Below, in pieces: positions 24,866 to 26,184 of a stretch of DNA of 26,184 bases; within the stretch, counting starts at the first letter, position 1, and each line of letters begins with the position of its first letter. This DNA comes from a virus (lineage: Duplodnaviria > Caudoviricetes): IMG/VR virus record IMGVR_UViG_3300020173_001505, positions 1-26,184 of that record. The stretch is one strand, 5' to 3'. The notes under the pieces were generated by a model that saw only the letters and a program-made list of their open reading frames with translations, ran no database searches and was not told the origin of the DNA. Position numbers and translations under genes: made by a program.

Positions 24866-25822
24866 CTAGCTTTTGAAGGTTAATTCAAAATGTTTTTTAA
24901 TATTGTGATATTCGGTATTACAAGAAAAGCGTTTGAAATCAAATTCATCATTGTCTAATCTAGTTTTTTGTTTTTTGATCTGCGAGAGTAGTTCTTCATT
25001 AATCAACAATTCTTGAATGCAAATATTGAAGTCACCCAAGTTATCGGAAACACCGCCATTATTTACAGGAAGAGTTAGAACTGGAATTTTGCGAAAAATT
25101 GATTCTAGGGTGACAACATTAAAACTTTCATTCAACAATGTGAATTGACATAAGGCAATAGCTTTTGAAAAAACAACATCTTTATCTTGATCTTTAAGGT
25201 CTACTTTAAACTTAAAATTATGTATCTGATCATCTAGCCAGCGTAATTTTTCTTCTATTTTATCTGAGTGGTTACGATCACCATGATGACGACCACCATA
25301 AGCAACAAAATTATAATTTGGGTTGTTGACTGCCATTTGAATAAATTGTTCTAGACCTTTGGCTTGCCAACCCCAACCCAAGTTTGCACACCACAAAAAA
25401 TATTCTGGATCAAAATCAAAACATTGAAACTCGTCAGAATTAAATCCATGTGGTGCAACAAATGCCTTATCATTATCAACAAAGTCTTTACATAATGCAA
25501 AATGAGAAGAAGAAAGAAAACGTGCAGAAACATTATCTGAGGTAAAAATTTGCTCACTAGGATAATCATGGCCAGAGCAGTAAGTATTGCAAGTTTGGAT
25601 ATTTAGTCTATCTAATTTGCGACAAATTTCATTATCTAAATTATAACCCAAGATAAATTCTGATGGATTAATTTTGTCAACATCATCATAGCAATAAACA
25701 TTATTTAGTTTGCCACTATCTAGCAAATATTTGTAAAATGCTTGTAGCCTTTTTTGGACTCCACCAGCAATTGGTGGATTCGTTATCCAGTTTTTATCGC
25801 GATGCAACAAAGATAATTTCAT
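24866..25822 (-). CDS. GT-B fold glycosyltransferase (GT4-like)
   Basis: PP.AGGVQ near the N-terminus, PHG, KGL and ESFNVVTLES (Ex7E). The likely start is ATG 25822 (MKLSL), 6 nt after a -10 box. Confidence 0.8.
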   Translation of the reverse strand: MKLSLLHRDKNWITNPPIAGGVQKRLQAFYKYLLDSGKLNNVYCYDDVDKINPSEFILGYNLDNEICRKLDRLNIQTCNTYCSGHDYPSEQIFTSDNVSARFLSSSHFALCKDFVDNDKAFVAPHGFNSDEFQCFDFDPEYFLWCANLGWGWQAKGLEQFIQMAVNNPNYNFVAYGGRHHGDRNHSDKIEEKLRWLDDQIHNFKFKVDLKDQDKDVVFSKAIALCQFTLLNESFNVVTLESIFRKIPVLTLPVNNGGVSDNLGDFNICIQELLINEELLSQIKKQKTRLDNDEFDFKRFSCNTEYHNIKKHFELTFKS

Positions 25823-25828
25823 TGTAGC

Positions 25829-25857
25829 ATTATATAAAATAACTGTAAAAAAATCAA
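25829..25857 (-). promoter_or_regulatory. Sigma70-type promoter (leaderless) for the glycan cluster
   Basis: TTGATT-N17-TATAAT-N6-ATG. Confidence 0.7.
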
Positions 25858-25888
25858 ACAAAAACCCCCAGCCCAATCGGACTAGGGG
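25856..25888 (-). terminator. Rho-independent terminator after nrdA
   Basis: CCCCTAGTCC-GATT-GGGCTGGGGG stem (two G-U pairs) followed by TTTTTGTTT. Confidence 0.75.
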
Positions 25889-25930
25889 AAAATGAATATA
25901 CTATATATGAAAAAAAATAGATTTTAAAAT

Positions 25931-26184
25931 TTATCCTTCACATGAAGCGCAGGTTAGGATAGATCTAGCGAGTTCTTGACTTGGGTTTGCGCTTCGCTGA
26001 TAGTAAAAACTTTTAACTCCTTGCTCCCAACCAAAAATCAAAAGGGAATTGATTTCTTTTGGAGAGGTTTTGGGTGGAATCATAAGATTCAAAGATTGCC
26101 CTTGATCAATATATTTCTGACGTTGCGCTGCTTGAATCACAATCTCTTTTTGAGAGATTTCGCCAAATGTTTTGAATACATCTT
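25931..26184 (-). CDS. nrdA: Class I ribonucleotide reductase alpha subunit, 3' end (continues beyond the window)
   Basis: Open from the edge: DVFKTFGEISQ...QAAQRQKYIDQGQSLNL...WEQGVKSFYYQRS...CASCEG*. Confidence 0.93.
   Translation of the reverse strand, partial: DVFKTFGEISQKEIVIQAAQRQKYIDQGQSLNLMIPPKTSPKEINSLLIFGWEQGVKSFYYQRSANPSQELARSILTCASCEG

Noticed and set aside
1-26184. Bacterial chromosome or recoded genome
   Set aside because: Divergent replication genes are mixed with lysis and tiny genes in a way no bacterial operon shows, and TAA, TAG and TGA all end genes cleanly at high coding density.

Overview
A 26-kb, AT-rich, densely packed segment of a large tailed dsDNA bacteriophage genome, standard genetic code (inferred from gene content; no database search was possible). 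The first ~2 kb (+ strand) encodes probable virion proteins. The rest is on the - strand. In transcription order (right to left) it holds: the 3' end of nrdA; a glycan-decoration cluster (GT4-like and GT90 glycosyltransferases, three SAM methyltransferases, GDP-mannose 4,6-dehydratase); a lipoprotein and a small membrane protein; a bacterial-type replication/recombination block (Zn-ribbon protein, RecA-like, DUF559/Vsr-like nuclease, DnaB, DnaG, HIRAN-nuclease fusion, and a C-family polymerase split into PHP, DEDDh exonuclease and catalytic genes); a ClpA/C-like AAA+ protein; small proteins including an Hfq/Sm-like candidate; and an ADP-heptose-type pathway (HldD, cupin, HldA, HldC, small HAD) interrupted by a holin-endolysin pair. 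Best leads: (1) a heptose pathway in which a cupin and a minimal HAD sit where GmhA and GmhB are expected; (2) direct repeats and decayed gene-start stubs around the methyltransferase genes, suggesting cassette turnover; (3) a separately transcribed Hfq/Sm-like protein; (4) near-leaderless sigma70-type promoters plus a second TAAGTGTAAG motif that may be a phage late promoter. I saw no tRNA, CRISPR array, intein or reverse transcriptase.
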